From Gekko japonicus (taxonomy: Eukaryota): a stretch of 64,000 bases of DNA. Of this stretch, positions 37,980 through 49,528 are shown one piece after another. The translations under genes and the position numbers were made by a program. The notes under the pieces were generated by a model. The model was given only the letters and a program-made list of their open reading frames with translations. It had not been told where the DNA came from and did no database searches. The stretch lies in assembly GCF_001447785.1 (NCBI RefSeq), contig NW_015170280.1, positions 852,122 through 916,121 of the forward strand, read 5' to 3'. Positions within the stretch are counted from its first letter, which is position 1, and each line of letters opens with the position of its first letter.

Positions 37980-40060
37980 TGTTGGAAATATGTTTGTGTT
38001 GCAAGGTCTAATTCAGTCATTATAGGGTTAATCTGTTTACCTTGTGTGCTATTGTTTAGACTGGCCTGGAAGGGAAAGCTGGCACAGAGCAAATGGGAAG
38101 ACAGCCCGGGAAATCTAAATCTGTTTACTCACAATCATTGGTTAATGCATCCAAGTGATTTCCTTCTAGGGGTCAAGAAGAAGAAGAATCTCCATTGTTA
38201 TTCTTGCAGTTGTTGGTGGGAGACGGTGTGGTTGGTCTGTTCTGTAGCTGTAGAGATGTAACCTTAGGTCTTTGTTATTTTGTACATTTTCCTGTGTACC
38301 CTTCCCTTAGAAATAAAGATTTTACACAGAAAGAAATGCCTCCTCTCTAGTGAAGCAAAGATCCATTGTAAACTCTGAATATCTAAGTATTTTTGCTAAT
38401 TTCCCCAAAATATTCTGGTAGCAGAGGATGGTTTGATTAACTGATTTTTTTGCCTGATATGCCTAAGATAAGAAAGTTTCAAATGCTTCACTGGATCGAG
38501 AGAGATTTGCTAGGAGCTAATTAGCAGCTGCAAGGCTTGATTTTAACACAACAATTTTTTTCCTGCAATTTTACTCTCTCTGCAAGTTGCATACCGTAGC
38601 TGTGAAAGGTTACAACCCAAATTCACATTTATTTGAGGATCTGCCTATGCCAGCCTTGCATATGCTAACAAGCAGCTGAGAACTATTTCTGAAGTTTTGT
38701 TTTCAAGTTTGGAATCATGATGGAGGAGAAGCCAATTGCTTGCAGCCAGCCACTCCAGCTGATTGCTCTAAGGAAAGGATTAACCCCACAAGTCCCTGCT
38801 CAGTGCCTGCTAAAGCCTGCAGATCAAGCACGTCTTCCAGAGCTTCATCTTCAACAGATGTTTCATGCCAGAGATCCCAATCCAGGGGGATTAGGTCCAC
38901 TGAAGTTAACCCAGCATAATTTTAATTGGTGGCTCACCTTCCTTAGCAATAGACTGCAAATATTTGGGGCTGAAGATGTCTTAACAAAGAGAGCCCCTGC
39001 AAGTGAGCCAGAGAAAAGCGCCTTTAAAAGACAAGATGGCTATGCCAAGTCCTTGATTATGGGTTCAGTTAATTGCCATGATGTGCATAGTCTGTGTACC
39101 ATAGAAACCTCCAAGCTAATGACTGAATACTTGAAAGAGAAGTATGGAGGGGGAACTACCAGTAAGATTTATTACTTGAAGGCTCAGATTGTTGACTTTA
39201 AAGGAAAGTGACTCTTTGCCTGAGCAGTTAAAGAAGCTAATGGGGACTTACAAACAATTGAAAGTACTTGGGAAGACTCCTGACCAGTTAGACATGATTG
39301 CTGCTATACTGAACGGCCTTCCCCGTGAGTTACAGAGGACTAGCAATGATTCTAAGAAACCAAAAGGATCTAACACTGATGGCTTATTGAAGATTTTAAA
39401 GGAGTATGACTCCAGAACTAGTTAGGATGCTTTGTCCAATGAGATGTCTGTTCTGAGTTTGAAACATGCACGCAGATTTTAAAGGGAAAAGAAAATTGAA
39501 TGTTTTATATGTGGTGAAAATCATCTGGCCAGGGACTGTGAATTTTAAAATGCCAGAAATTGTGAATTTAAAAGGGATGCCAGACAAAAGGCCACTGGTG
39601 CACGTGTTCAGACTGAAAAAGCGACATCTGGTGGAAAAGGAAATAATAGCGGAGGTTTTAGACCTCAGGCAAAGGGAAATTTTCATGCAGCCAGCAGAAG
39701 CCATGCTTTTAGAATCTGTGATGATGAAAATAAGAAAATATTTTTAGTAGACTCTGGATCCTGTATACACATTTGCAAATATGAGGACTTGTTTTCTGAA
39801 CTTGATACTAACAATAGGTCTGAAGTGTACCAGGCTAATAGGGAACCTCTCAATGTAAAGGGTGTTGGGACAGTGCCAATTAATCTCCTCACTATAAGTG
39901 GAGAAGTGGTAGTTGTTAAATTAAAGAATGTGACTCTGATTCCTGAAGCAGCTGATAATTCCAGGGGATGATCAAGTCTCTGGAGCAAGGGTGAGAGAAA
40001 AACGGACCAAGTATAGCCAACTTCTGGGCTTGTACATGTAGCATTCAATACAAAGTAAAC
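37980..40060 (+). mobile_element. Ty1/copia LTR retrotransposon remnant (5' LTR, PBS, gag, protease; integrase/RT missing)
   Basis: LTR TGTTGG...(about 38410) with AATAAA; PBS TGGTAGCAGAGGATGGTT (38416-38433) complementary to the initiator tRNA-Met 3' end; frameshifted gag 38717-39425; zinc knuckle CFICGENHLARDC; protease LVDSGSCIHIC; VKGVGTV...LKNVTLIP. Confidence 0.88.
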
Positions 40061-40648
40061 CCCTCTACAAATGAGAGGGTAGAGTGTTCAATCCCTGGCA
40101 GCTCCCCCAGTTAAAAGAGCAGCTAGGGTTGCCAACAAGTCTAGAGAAACATATCCTCTCCCTTTAATAAAAAAATAATGGGCTCTTGAAGTTTTTCACA
40201 GCATGGCGGTAAAGAACGTCCCACAATAAATAGCACCCCATTAAGCTTCTATTAAGTGGACAGGACATTTTTCTCCCTGGTAACCCTAGGGACAGCTGAT
40301 ACTGCAAATAGCCTTTGCTGCCCAAGACCCTGAAAAGCTCCCACCACAGAAAAGACCATACCAAGACAGATGGATTATGGACTGTTTCTATATGGATGCA
40401 TTGCTCTGTCTTCCCACTGTTTTCAAGAGCATCTGCATGATGTTATCCCGTTTGTCCTTCTTCATTTTCCTGTCATCTTTCCATACCTAGTTTGATATGA
40501 TCTTTTTGGAAAGACCACAGTCAAAGTGACTTTGGATATTGTTTAGATGGAATGGTGCACATTTTGGCAGGTCCCACCCACATCAGTGCTATTTCCCTCA
40601 CCTCTGGCCCTGTGGCAGCCATGCCCTCCCACCTATATACTTAGCGGG

Positions 40649-40772
40649 TATAAAGTATTGAGACTGAAGCATAGCATAGTGATTTCAGCTCATACTTTAC
40701 TTAAGAATTAGGAAAACTTGAGATACAGTAGCCGGCCAGAGGCCATTTTAAATACAAGTACAAACTACACCC

Positions 40773-40806
<34 letters not shown>

Positions 40807-40981
40807 GTGATAGGATTATATACAAAGTTATTGCAACCTTAGGTTCCCTTGAGGATCCGGGTGGCCTGATAGGCTGGCTCTAGGATCCTCTCCTTCTATT
40901 GTCTAGGGATGCAAAGCTAGGCTAGTTCACATGGCCACATGGAAAGGCGACCGCATGCATGGTCGCCGTTAGTACACAACA
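40649..40981 (-). mobile_element. solo LTR related to the gypsy LTR at 49529-49836
   Basis: Shared GATTTCAGCTC, CACCCAACACACAC..CGTGATAGG and TAGTACA.AACA; 5-bp TSD GCGGG; contains (CA)n. Confidence 0.85.
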
Positions 40982-42615
40982 GCGGGATATTAAGGCTTTT
41001 TAAAAAATCAGTACTTAATAGACTGCTATAGTGCTATATTTTAACAACAATCTATTTCAGCTATGTATTAGTTCCCAGTTCTCACTTAAATAAAGTAAGT
41101 TTCTAAACCCTTTCTTTTGGAGTTGTAAGGGGTAAAAGTTCAGGCTGCACATTTCCATTTATAACTCAGCAATGAGAAAACTGTAAGACAGTTATGATGC
41201 TGTAGTGATTTGACAGTTACTGTTTTCTTAAAGGCCTCCACTGGTGGAAAGGGGAAATGGCAGCCATGAGGGTGGGGTGGGAGCTGTGGCAAGGGAAATG
41301 CAAATAAAACATCTGTGTAGATGCTCCATTGCTGTTGTGAATGCATTCCAGCTTCAGGGAGAATCAACCATTGATTAGTTTCTGGACTGGGTTTCAATCA
41401 GCAGAAATGGAAAATTGGATGGACATGTTTTAGGTTCTTAGGCAAGTCCAATTCAACAGTTACTTCATTAATCAACCAAACCACTTTAAAAGGACCAATG
41501 TATTTCCATGCCAATTTTCGACAGGACTGAGAAAGTCGCAGATTCTTTGTTGACACATCTACCCAATCTCCAGGCTTCAGAATCCAACCATCCACTTGTT
41601 TCTTGTCAGCCTGGTGCTTGTAAGCTGCCTTGGCAATGTCTAATGTCTCACATATCTGTGGCCATGAGTCCCTTAATGCTTGACACCAGTCGGATGCCTC
41701 CCCCTTTCCCGGGGTTTGAGGTTAGAAAGGGAATCGAGGGGCTGTCATAGCCGAGAGCAGCTTTGAATGGTGATACTCCTATAGATGAGTGGTGAGAATT
41801 ATTATAACAAAATTCAGCTAAAGTCAGTAATTCCACCCAATTGTCTTGTAGATAGTTTGTGAAACACCGTAAGTATTGTTCAAGTGTTTGATTAACACGT
41901 TCCGATTGCCCATCAGTCTCTGGGTGGTAGCCACTGCTCAGCCCCCGTTCTATCCCCATGAGTTCCATGAGCTCCCCCCAGAATCTTGAAATCAATTGGG
42001 AGCCCCTGTCCGTTATTATCTTGGTAGGCAAAGTGTGTAGTCTGAAAACATATTTGAAAAATGCTTTAGCCAACATCCGTGCTGTTGGCAAACTGGGGAA
42101 TGGAATGAAATGGGCTTGTTTGGAGAACAAATCCACCACCACCCAAATTACTGTCATGTTTTTGCTAGGAGGTAAGTCTGTGATAAAATCCATGGAAATC
42201 ACCTCCCACGGTCTACTTGGAGTTGGTAATGGTTTTAATAATCCAGGGGTTTTTCCTTTCCGGGGTTTGCACATGATGCAGGTTTGGCAGGAGTGTACAT
42301 ACAGAGATAAATCCTTGCACATGTGCGGCTATCAGAATTGGCGTTGTAGTAGGTGCAGTGATTTGACAAAGCCCGTGTGGTCAGCCAGTTTAGATCCATG
42401 GACCAGGAAGAGCACGGGGGCTGCAAACGGGGAGGAGGCTGGCTAGATGAAGCCTCTGGCCAGGTTTTTGTCAATAAATTTCCGTAATTCCACTTTCTCC
42501 CAGGGGCTCATAGGATAGAGCTTTCCCTTGGGCATCTTGTGCCCCAGCAACAACTCAATCGCACAGTCTGAGTTGTGGGGGGGGGGAGCTCATCGGCTTC
42601 TTCTTCGGCAAAAAC

Positions 42616-43188
42616 TCAGGTTAAGTCTTTATACTCCTGAGGAATTTTAGCGAGGTCCTCAGTAGCTAAACACGCCCGCACTTGAGTGCTGTTGGGAGTT
42701 ATACCCCACTTTGGGTTCCACACATGGCTCTGGCACTTGAGGGAGATGAACTTGATAATCCTATCACCCCACAGAATATAAGGATCATGCCCATGGAGCC
42801 ACGGGTTTCCCAACACCATGGGAAATCTAGCCCCCGGGGACACAATGAAAGTCCATTCTTCCCAATGATCCCCGGCCCCCATGCGTAATAGTACAGTCTC
42901 AAATCTACAGGGTTCTTTCATCGGGGACCCATCCATTTGGGTGAAGACTAACGGGTCGGCCAACCGGACCACATCAGCATCCAGTCCCGAGACCAAAGAA
43001 GGGTTAATCAGATCTCGCCCGCACCCTGAGTCTATGAGACCCCGAATCCTGATATGCGTGCCCATGGCCGGGTTCATAAGAGTTACAGTCACAAAAAAGA
43101 GGGGTGGATAGCTGCTCACCACTTTAGGTGCCTCCGTTGCTGGGTCCTGCTCCTCCACGCCACTTACAGCAGGACCTGGCCTTTTCCC
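42616..43188 (-). CDS. retrotransposon aspartic protease, -1 frame relative to gag
   Basis: LIDSG catalytic motif and VLGNPWL; frame is open from the slippery site at 43188 to TGA at 42616. Confidence 0.75.
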   Translation of the reverse strand, partial: GKRPGPAVSGVEEQDPATEAPKVVSSYPPLFFVTVTLMNPAMGTHIRIRGLIDSGCGRDLINPSLVSGLDADVVRLADPLVFTQMDGSPMKEPCRFETVLLRMGAGDHWEEWTFIVSPGARFPMVLGNPWLHGHDPYILWGDRIIKFISLKCQSHVWNPKWGITPNSTQVRACLATEDLAKIPQEYKDLT

Positions 43189-44454
43189 GCCGGTTCCATC
43201 TCCTCCTCTCCACTCGACTCATTCTCCAGCACATCCGCTCCGGCTTGCAGGGCGCGGGGGGTCCTGACTTTCGCCGTCCCTTTTTTGGGCAGGAAGTCAC
43301 TCTGGTGCTTGTCACATTCTTTTGGTCTCGCTCCTCTCACCTCCCCCGATGGGCAGTTGGCGGCGAAATGCCCCCGCTCCCCACATTTTAGGCAGACTCC
43401 CTGTTTTATCCGTTGCTCTCTGACCGATGGCAACTGCGAGGTGGGCTTTGCCTTGGGGTGGGGTGGTGCCAGTGCCCTTCCTGCCGCTACTGCGTTATCC
43501 AACCGCATGGTGCGCAGTCTGCTCTCGGCACTCTCCGCTTCCCGCATCCAGGCTGCCAAGGTTCTAGGGTCTCGGGTCCCCATGACTGAGTTCCGAATGT
43601 CCGTATTCAGTCCTAACCGGTACTGCTGCGCAAACACCGGGTCGGACCAATCCCGGATTTTGGCTGCTTGCCGGTGGAACTCAGTGGAGTATTCCCAGAC
43701 AGATAATTTGCCTTGTTTGAAAGTGCGGAGGAACGCCTCTGCCTTCTCACCCGCAGTGCAGTCCTCGAACCAGGCTCTTAGCGCCCACATAAAGGCATCC
43801 ACGCTCCCCAGTTCCATAGCCTTCAGGTCATGGAGGCCCGCATACCAGGTAGTCGCTGCACCCCGCAAGCGGGAAGCAATGAAATCCACTTGTTGCTCCT
43901 CATCAGGGAACAGATGAGTCCAGCTCTCAACGAACTTCATCACCCGTACAATGAAAAAGGAAAGGTTCTCCGGGTCACCATCAAATGTTACGTCAAATAA
44001 GTCCTTTGGCCGTGGCATGGCCAGCAGTGGTACGGGGCCTGCAGGCGGCGCTGGCTGTGGCGGCAGCGGAGGAGGGGGGGAGATGGCGGGGGAGGCGGCT
44101 GAGGGGCCAGCTGGCCGGCCCCAGTCTCTGTCTTTGCAGCGGTAGGTCACCCCCTTTCCCCAAATGCACAGGGATGAACGATACTGCCGACCAAGGTGTG
44201 CCCCCCCATCTGTTGACACCGGTCCTCCTGAGCTTGCTTTCACCTGTGGGGCCGTAGTCACTGGCGCCCCCGTTCCTGAAGTCATCAGGATGGGTACCGC
44301 CGGTGCTGTCGTGGTCAGGGCCGTGGTGGACACCGTCGTGGGTACCGTCACTGGCACCGCTGTGGTAGCTGGTGTAGGCACCGACGTGGTGGTCGGGGTA
44401 GTCCCCAACGTGGTTGTCGGGGTAACCCCTGCCCCCCCCCCCGGTGCCGCTCAT
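43164..44454 (-). CDS. retrotransposon Gag (PEG10/RTL-like capsid + CCHC knuckle), one-base frame slip in a G11 run at 44432-44442
   Basis: 414-codon open frame 43164-44408; ATG at 44454 joins it if the G run is 10 rather than 11. Confidence 0.75.
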
Positions 44455-44529
44455 CTCGTTCAGGAGAGAATCAGTCCGATGGGGAAAAGGAGATTCCTAA
44501 CAATTTCTGTCAGGTTCAACAGCAAGTAA

Positions 44530-45032
44530 TAATCTCGTTACTCCTTGCAACAGCACGCCTGACAATAGCATCGTGTTGGAAATTGCCATTGCCACCAATG
44601 GTATCTGCTTGGCATGAAAAAGTTTGGGAACAATTTATGATGGCGAAAATCTCAGATAGGGTACATAGAACACAAACTCCACAGTCTTCCTATTCCAAAT
44701 TTGATTCAACCTGGTTTCCAATATTTTCATATCTCACCACCCATGATATACTTCCTGCAAACCCGCATTATCATAAATGGTTACTAATGTAAATCACTAA
44801 TTTATAAACCGGGCAGGACTAGACAAAATTGGTATTCCTTATGCCTCTATCCCTGCATACTATGGGTAATGGGTATTATAGAAGATTTCTCTGTAAGAAA
44901 GTAAATTCAAATTTGATTGAGCTTTCATACATTATTGTAATGCTCTTCTAAGTTTATGTATCTACTTTGCTGACAGCTGTATGGTATAAATCACTCTGGA
45001 AAAAATAAATAATCTACAAAAAAAAAACAACC
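44530..45032 (+). mobile_element. 5'-truncated L1 inserted into the gypsy LTR
   Basis: ATARLTIASCWKLPLPPMVSAW...KFDSTWFP L1 ORF2 C-terminus, A-rich tail, 10-bp TSD CAGCAAGTAA (44520-44529, 45033-45042). Confidence 0.85.
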
Positions 45033-47444
45033 CAGCAAGTAAATCTCCACACACGATTCCAGGGAAACGTTATGTTTATTAGATTACAGGTCCGTTGCCA
45101 TGATCTACAGGGATATTGTTAGGAATGACAATGGGGAGGATGCATCCCTTCATATAGCGTGATGCTGCAAATGGCTAAGCAAATGAAATCCAAGCACGCA
45201 GGCGGGAATTCTCCCGGTGGGAGGTTACATAATGAACGGGAGAGTCTCCGTGCCAAGGGTGGAACACAAGCCCTCCCTCTTCCTCAAGGTTAGTCAGATA
45301 ACCCAGTCTGGCAGCGCCTGTTCGCATGGTCTCAGGAGCGCCTCCCTATCGCTGTTTACAGCAAGCAAGCAAAGTCAGCGAGCAAGCATGCGACGTAGCG
45401 CCACAGTCAGGAAAGGACACATACACATGTAAAATGGCAGCTAGCTGACACATGGTCTGACTCTGTGTAAAGGAGCTACAGTACAGCTTGTTCTTTTGGT
45501 CCCTGGAAGCACAAGTCCTTCAGAAAGCATAAGCCCTTAGCACAGGTCCTTGTAGCCCCACAGATCTCTGCCCCTCCCTTCTTCCTGAGCATCAGTGAGC
45601 TTTTTGAATTATTTCCACAGAACTGGTCACCTGTATGCATTTTTAAAGGAAAGCTCCACAACCAGGGAAGTGCATGCCCAATGGTCTCTGTGGATGCATT
45701 TTCCCTTGAAAAATCAATAACGATATGCAGAATGTGTTCAACGTAGCAAAAAGTGCTGGCAGAGGCACAGGCAGAAGAGGCAGGACTTCTGGCCTTCAGG
45801 GCACACTACTCGGGTGCCATACAGGTGAGATGGTTTTTTTAACGAGTCGGGTCTGGAGATCAGAACCAGACCATGGAGGGAAGGAGAGACTTTGCTCCCG
45901 TACCATTTTCCTGAGCCAAAATGGTCGGGGAGGGGTTCTTTACCTCATTTTGGAGCTGCATATACAGCATTCCACATGCAGCCCCACAGTGGACCAAACA
46001 ACACCCCCAAGGACTTTTTGGTTCAGAAAAAGGCACAGGGTGGGGAGTCAGAGGTGTGTGTGGGGGAGTTATTTCACCAATTTTGCTGCTCCACGTGGCA
46101 TATTTGTGCATGTGGAGCAGCAAAATTGGCAAAGTAACTCCCCACCCTGGTGTTTTGTGTGAAAAAAAACTGCTTGGATAGGTAGTAGGGTTGCCAGCCT
46201 CCAGGTAGGGTCTTGAGATCTCCTGCTTTTACAACTGACCTACAGCTGACAGAGATCAGCTCCCCTGGAGAAAATGGCTGCTTTAAAGGGCAGACTCTAT
46301 GGCACTGTACCCTACTGAGGCCCTTCCCTTCCCCAAACCCCGCCCTCTCCTGGATCCACCCCCAAAGTCTCCAGGTATTTTTCAGCTCAGACCTGGCAAC
46401 CCTATTGGGTAGGCAGGAACCCAAATAGGCTCTCCTTTTGTTTTGTTTTAAAGAAGCAGTTCCCCACAGCTGCTATGTGGCTGTTAGGAACACATGAAAA
46501 CATAAGAATAGATAACATGTGGTTTGACTGTCAGGAAGAGAGATCTTCCCTGACCCTTTTTAACTGAAGGTTGCAGGGACTGAACTGAGGACCTTCTGCA
46601 TGCCAAGCAATTGCTCCACTATGGAGCCACAACCCCTCCCCTAAATGGGAAAGTTCTCTCTGCCTGTTCAATGTGTTTGGATATAAGGATTTCTACAGTA
46701 ACTATTTTAATAGGCTTCAAACAAATACAGTTCCCCCAAGTACCAATGTCTCTCTCATATTTGGGTCGTGACCATGAGTGAGAAAGCAGGCATGGAGTGA
46801 AGGAGACCTTCCAGACTAAGGATGATGAGTACGAAAGTGTGCCTGACACTCTGGCTTGTCCCTCCGCCTCTGTTCCCTCCTACCCCTGTAGGTTCCCTCC
46901 AAGAACTGAAGTGGCAGCCTCACCAGGTCCCGAAGCCTTCCTCCTTCCCGGGTGGCTAGGTGTAATGCCAGGGGGGTTCTCCGGTGAACTCTGAGCTTTT
47001 GCAACACCCCGAGGCGCAGTTGCTGCTGGGGATCCGAGATCTCTGCAAGGGGAGGGAGACCCACATCATTACCAGGATGCTCAGGCAGACTGTTTGAAAG
47101 GGTTGCCAACCTCCAGGTGGGGCCTGCAGATCTCCTGGAATTACAGCTGATCTCCAGATGACACAGATCACTTCCCCAGGAGAAAACAGATGATTTGGAG
47201 AGTGGCCTCTATGGCATTATACCCTACCCTACCCTCTCAACCCTCCATCCCAAATCTCCAGGAATTTCCCAACCCAAAGTTGACAACCCCAGGCAGACAA
47301 ACCAAGAGACTCTGCCCTGCGCATCCAGTGCCGTCACCCCTAACCTGGCAAACCAGCTTCCTTCTTCTTCCCCTACCTCCTCGAGACTCCATCCCCTACA
47401 CTAACCCCACCCACAGAGGTTGATCCACTTTCCCCTCCACCCAC

Positions 47445-47580
47445 CTTAAAAAGCATTTAAACGGATTTTGCCCATGGGTCTCCCAAGAGTAAATATAGGC
47501 TTCGGCAGTGGCTGCTGCTGCTGCTCCTCCTCCCCCCACTCCAAAGCCTACACCATGCAAAGCAGCACCAGCTAATCCTG
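47445..47580 (-). other. AZIN2: putative non-coding exon 1 of AZIN2
   Basis: Lies just downstream of a TATA box and ends in a good donor TTTAAG|GTGGGT at 47445/47444; assignment to AZIN2 is inference. Confidence 0.55.
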
Positions 47581-47603
47581 CCCTCAGGAGGCATGCTGGT
47601 CCC

Positions 47604-47678
47604 TTATATACAGCAGCTCCCCCTCCATCTCTGCCTCACAAGGGTTGCCTTGGCAACCAAGCACAGCATTCTGATTGG
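47604..47678 (-). promoter_or_regulatory. AZIN2: core promoter: TATATAA (47604-47610), RFX X-box GTTGCCTTGGCAAC (47644-47657), CCAAT (47674-47678)
   Basis: Three motifs in canonical order and spacing on the - strand, upstream of AZIN2. Confidence 0.6.
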
Positions 47679-49528
47679 ATGAGGGAGATCAAATAGAGCC
47701 CAGGCACTCCATCCCCCTCTCTCCCTCCCTCTTCTCATCTTCTGCATTCAGAAGGCTAGAGGCTCTGGGCAGAAGCATGATGGAAGATTGGGGAATTCCA
47801 GAAGAGGAGGGGAGGGCAACTCTCACAGCAACAGAGGCTGCTTTTGGGGGGATAGTTAATGCTTTTCCAGCAGACCCAGAGACTAGACCAGGGCTGGCCA
47901 TGCACAGTGTTTGTCCTCCACCCAATTCTAAGGACTGCAGACCTGCAGACACTGAACCTGGGGATCCCCTTCCAAACTGTGGGGTGCAGCCCCTGGAGAC
48001 AGCCTTTGCTCCCTTCTAGTTGTAGGATTCCCATGTGCTTGTGAAAGTGACATGTGCCCCTTTCTCTCCTTCCCTAAACATGAGGGTGGTGGCTTCCAGA
48101 ATAATATTTTTAAAAAAAAAAAATAGGCTGCCAAAGATCCTGTGTCCGACAGTGGATTTGTGATGGGATGCAGCAAATATTTTGATTCTTCCCAATATCC
48201 TTCCCGGCTCCAGACTGTTGTAGTGGAAGGCAAAGTGCCTCCAAGCTCATTCCCCATCTGCCATGAAGCTCTGTGTGTGAACTTGGGTTGTGCACTCCCT
48301 TTCAAGCTAACCTACACCACAGAAATACGCAGTGACTCAACGAAAGCTCATACCCTGCCACAAATTTGGTTAGTCTTTAAGGTAGTGCTGGACTCTTGCT
48401 CTTTTCTACTGCTACAGACAGACTAACATGGCCACCCATCTTGATCTACACCACAGGGTGGTTGTGAGGTTAAATGGAGGAGGAGAAAATTAGATGTGCT
48501 GCCCCAAGCTCCTTGGTGGAAGGGCAGATTAAGAGCGTGACAGACAGAGCTCGGCCCCACTAAGGCCACGGCTATCACTCATAGTTTAACTGAAATGTGA
48601 GATTACTCTGGAGTAGGTAGTTCAGTTAAGTACTAAGATGGGAGACCACCAAGGAAGTCCGGGGTTGCTACACAGAGGCAGGCAATGGCAAACCACCTCT
48701 GAATATCTCCAGCCTTGAAAGCTGGCTGTGACTTGACAACTCCTTCCAGCAAGAAGTTGCTAGCCTGCAACACTGATCATGCTTTCCACAGGCTGGGGCT
48801 ACACACACACACAAACACATCCCTGAATATTCGTTGCACAATAGCAATTGTTCCCAACAAGATGGACTCACCTGCACAGGAGAATTCAGTTGCAAGTGAC
48901 TGTGTAAGCCCCACCGAGAGTAAAAGAGCCAATGCTAAGCAGACGCATCCTCAGTTTGTCTGCTTTAATTGCTCTTGGCAAATGGAAAGAAGCCGAGAAA
49001 GTCATGCTGCTTTTGAATCCTTTCCTGCTTGCTGACTAATCCCTCTGCTTGCTTGCACAAAATGGTATCTTGGCTCCTCACTGTCATAGCGCCAGACAGG
49101 GCAGTTCTGGAGGTAAAAATGGCCCCAAAAAGGACCCATCTCCCAGAAGAGGAGGGAGTGGAAGAGCAGACTGCCAGCTTCATGCAGGGTGAGGGCCACT
49201 TGCTTGCCAAGGCTTGCCCACCATCCTCACATATGGCCACCCCTGCATAAGGTGAGTTTTCTTCATTCAGGACAGGGGGGGGGAGGTAACACCCTAGACC
49301 ATCAGCCCACCAATCTGCCCTCAGGGCTGAACACCAGCAGTCTAATTCTCTGCATGCCTGCAGACAGCAGATAAGCCATGTTTACTTAGCATGTTAAAAA
49401 ACTCAAGTGTATACTGGAACCAAAGCACAGAAATGTAACTAACTAAAATGTGCAGTGTGCATGAACAGCGTAAGTACGTGCATATATGAATAAAAATGAG
49501 AACTTTCTCTTTAAGATTCCAGGATCAG

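Larger units (their letters stand above)
41395..45450 (-). mobile_element. Ty3/gypsy (Sushi/chromovirus-like) LTR retrotransposon: 5' LTR 44508-45450, gag, protease, RT/RNase H deleted, integrase; 3' LTR absent
   Basis: LTR TGTCAG...CTGACA; gag FDGDPENLSFF and CLKCGERGHFAANC; protease LIDSGCG; RT start (..SSPFAAPVLFLV) fused directly to integrase HHCC near 42405; integrase core MDFITDLP/DRGSQ/GQSER; GPF motif. Confidence 0.93.

Noticed and set aside
38416-38433. tRNA-Met match
   Set aside because: Only the complement of the 3' 18-19 nt directly after an LTR: a primer-binding site, not a tRNA gene.
43054-43917. 287-aa + strand ORF
   Set aside because: Antisense shadow of the gag reading frame.
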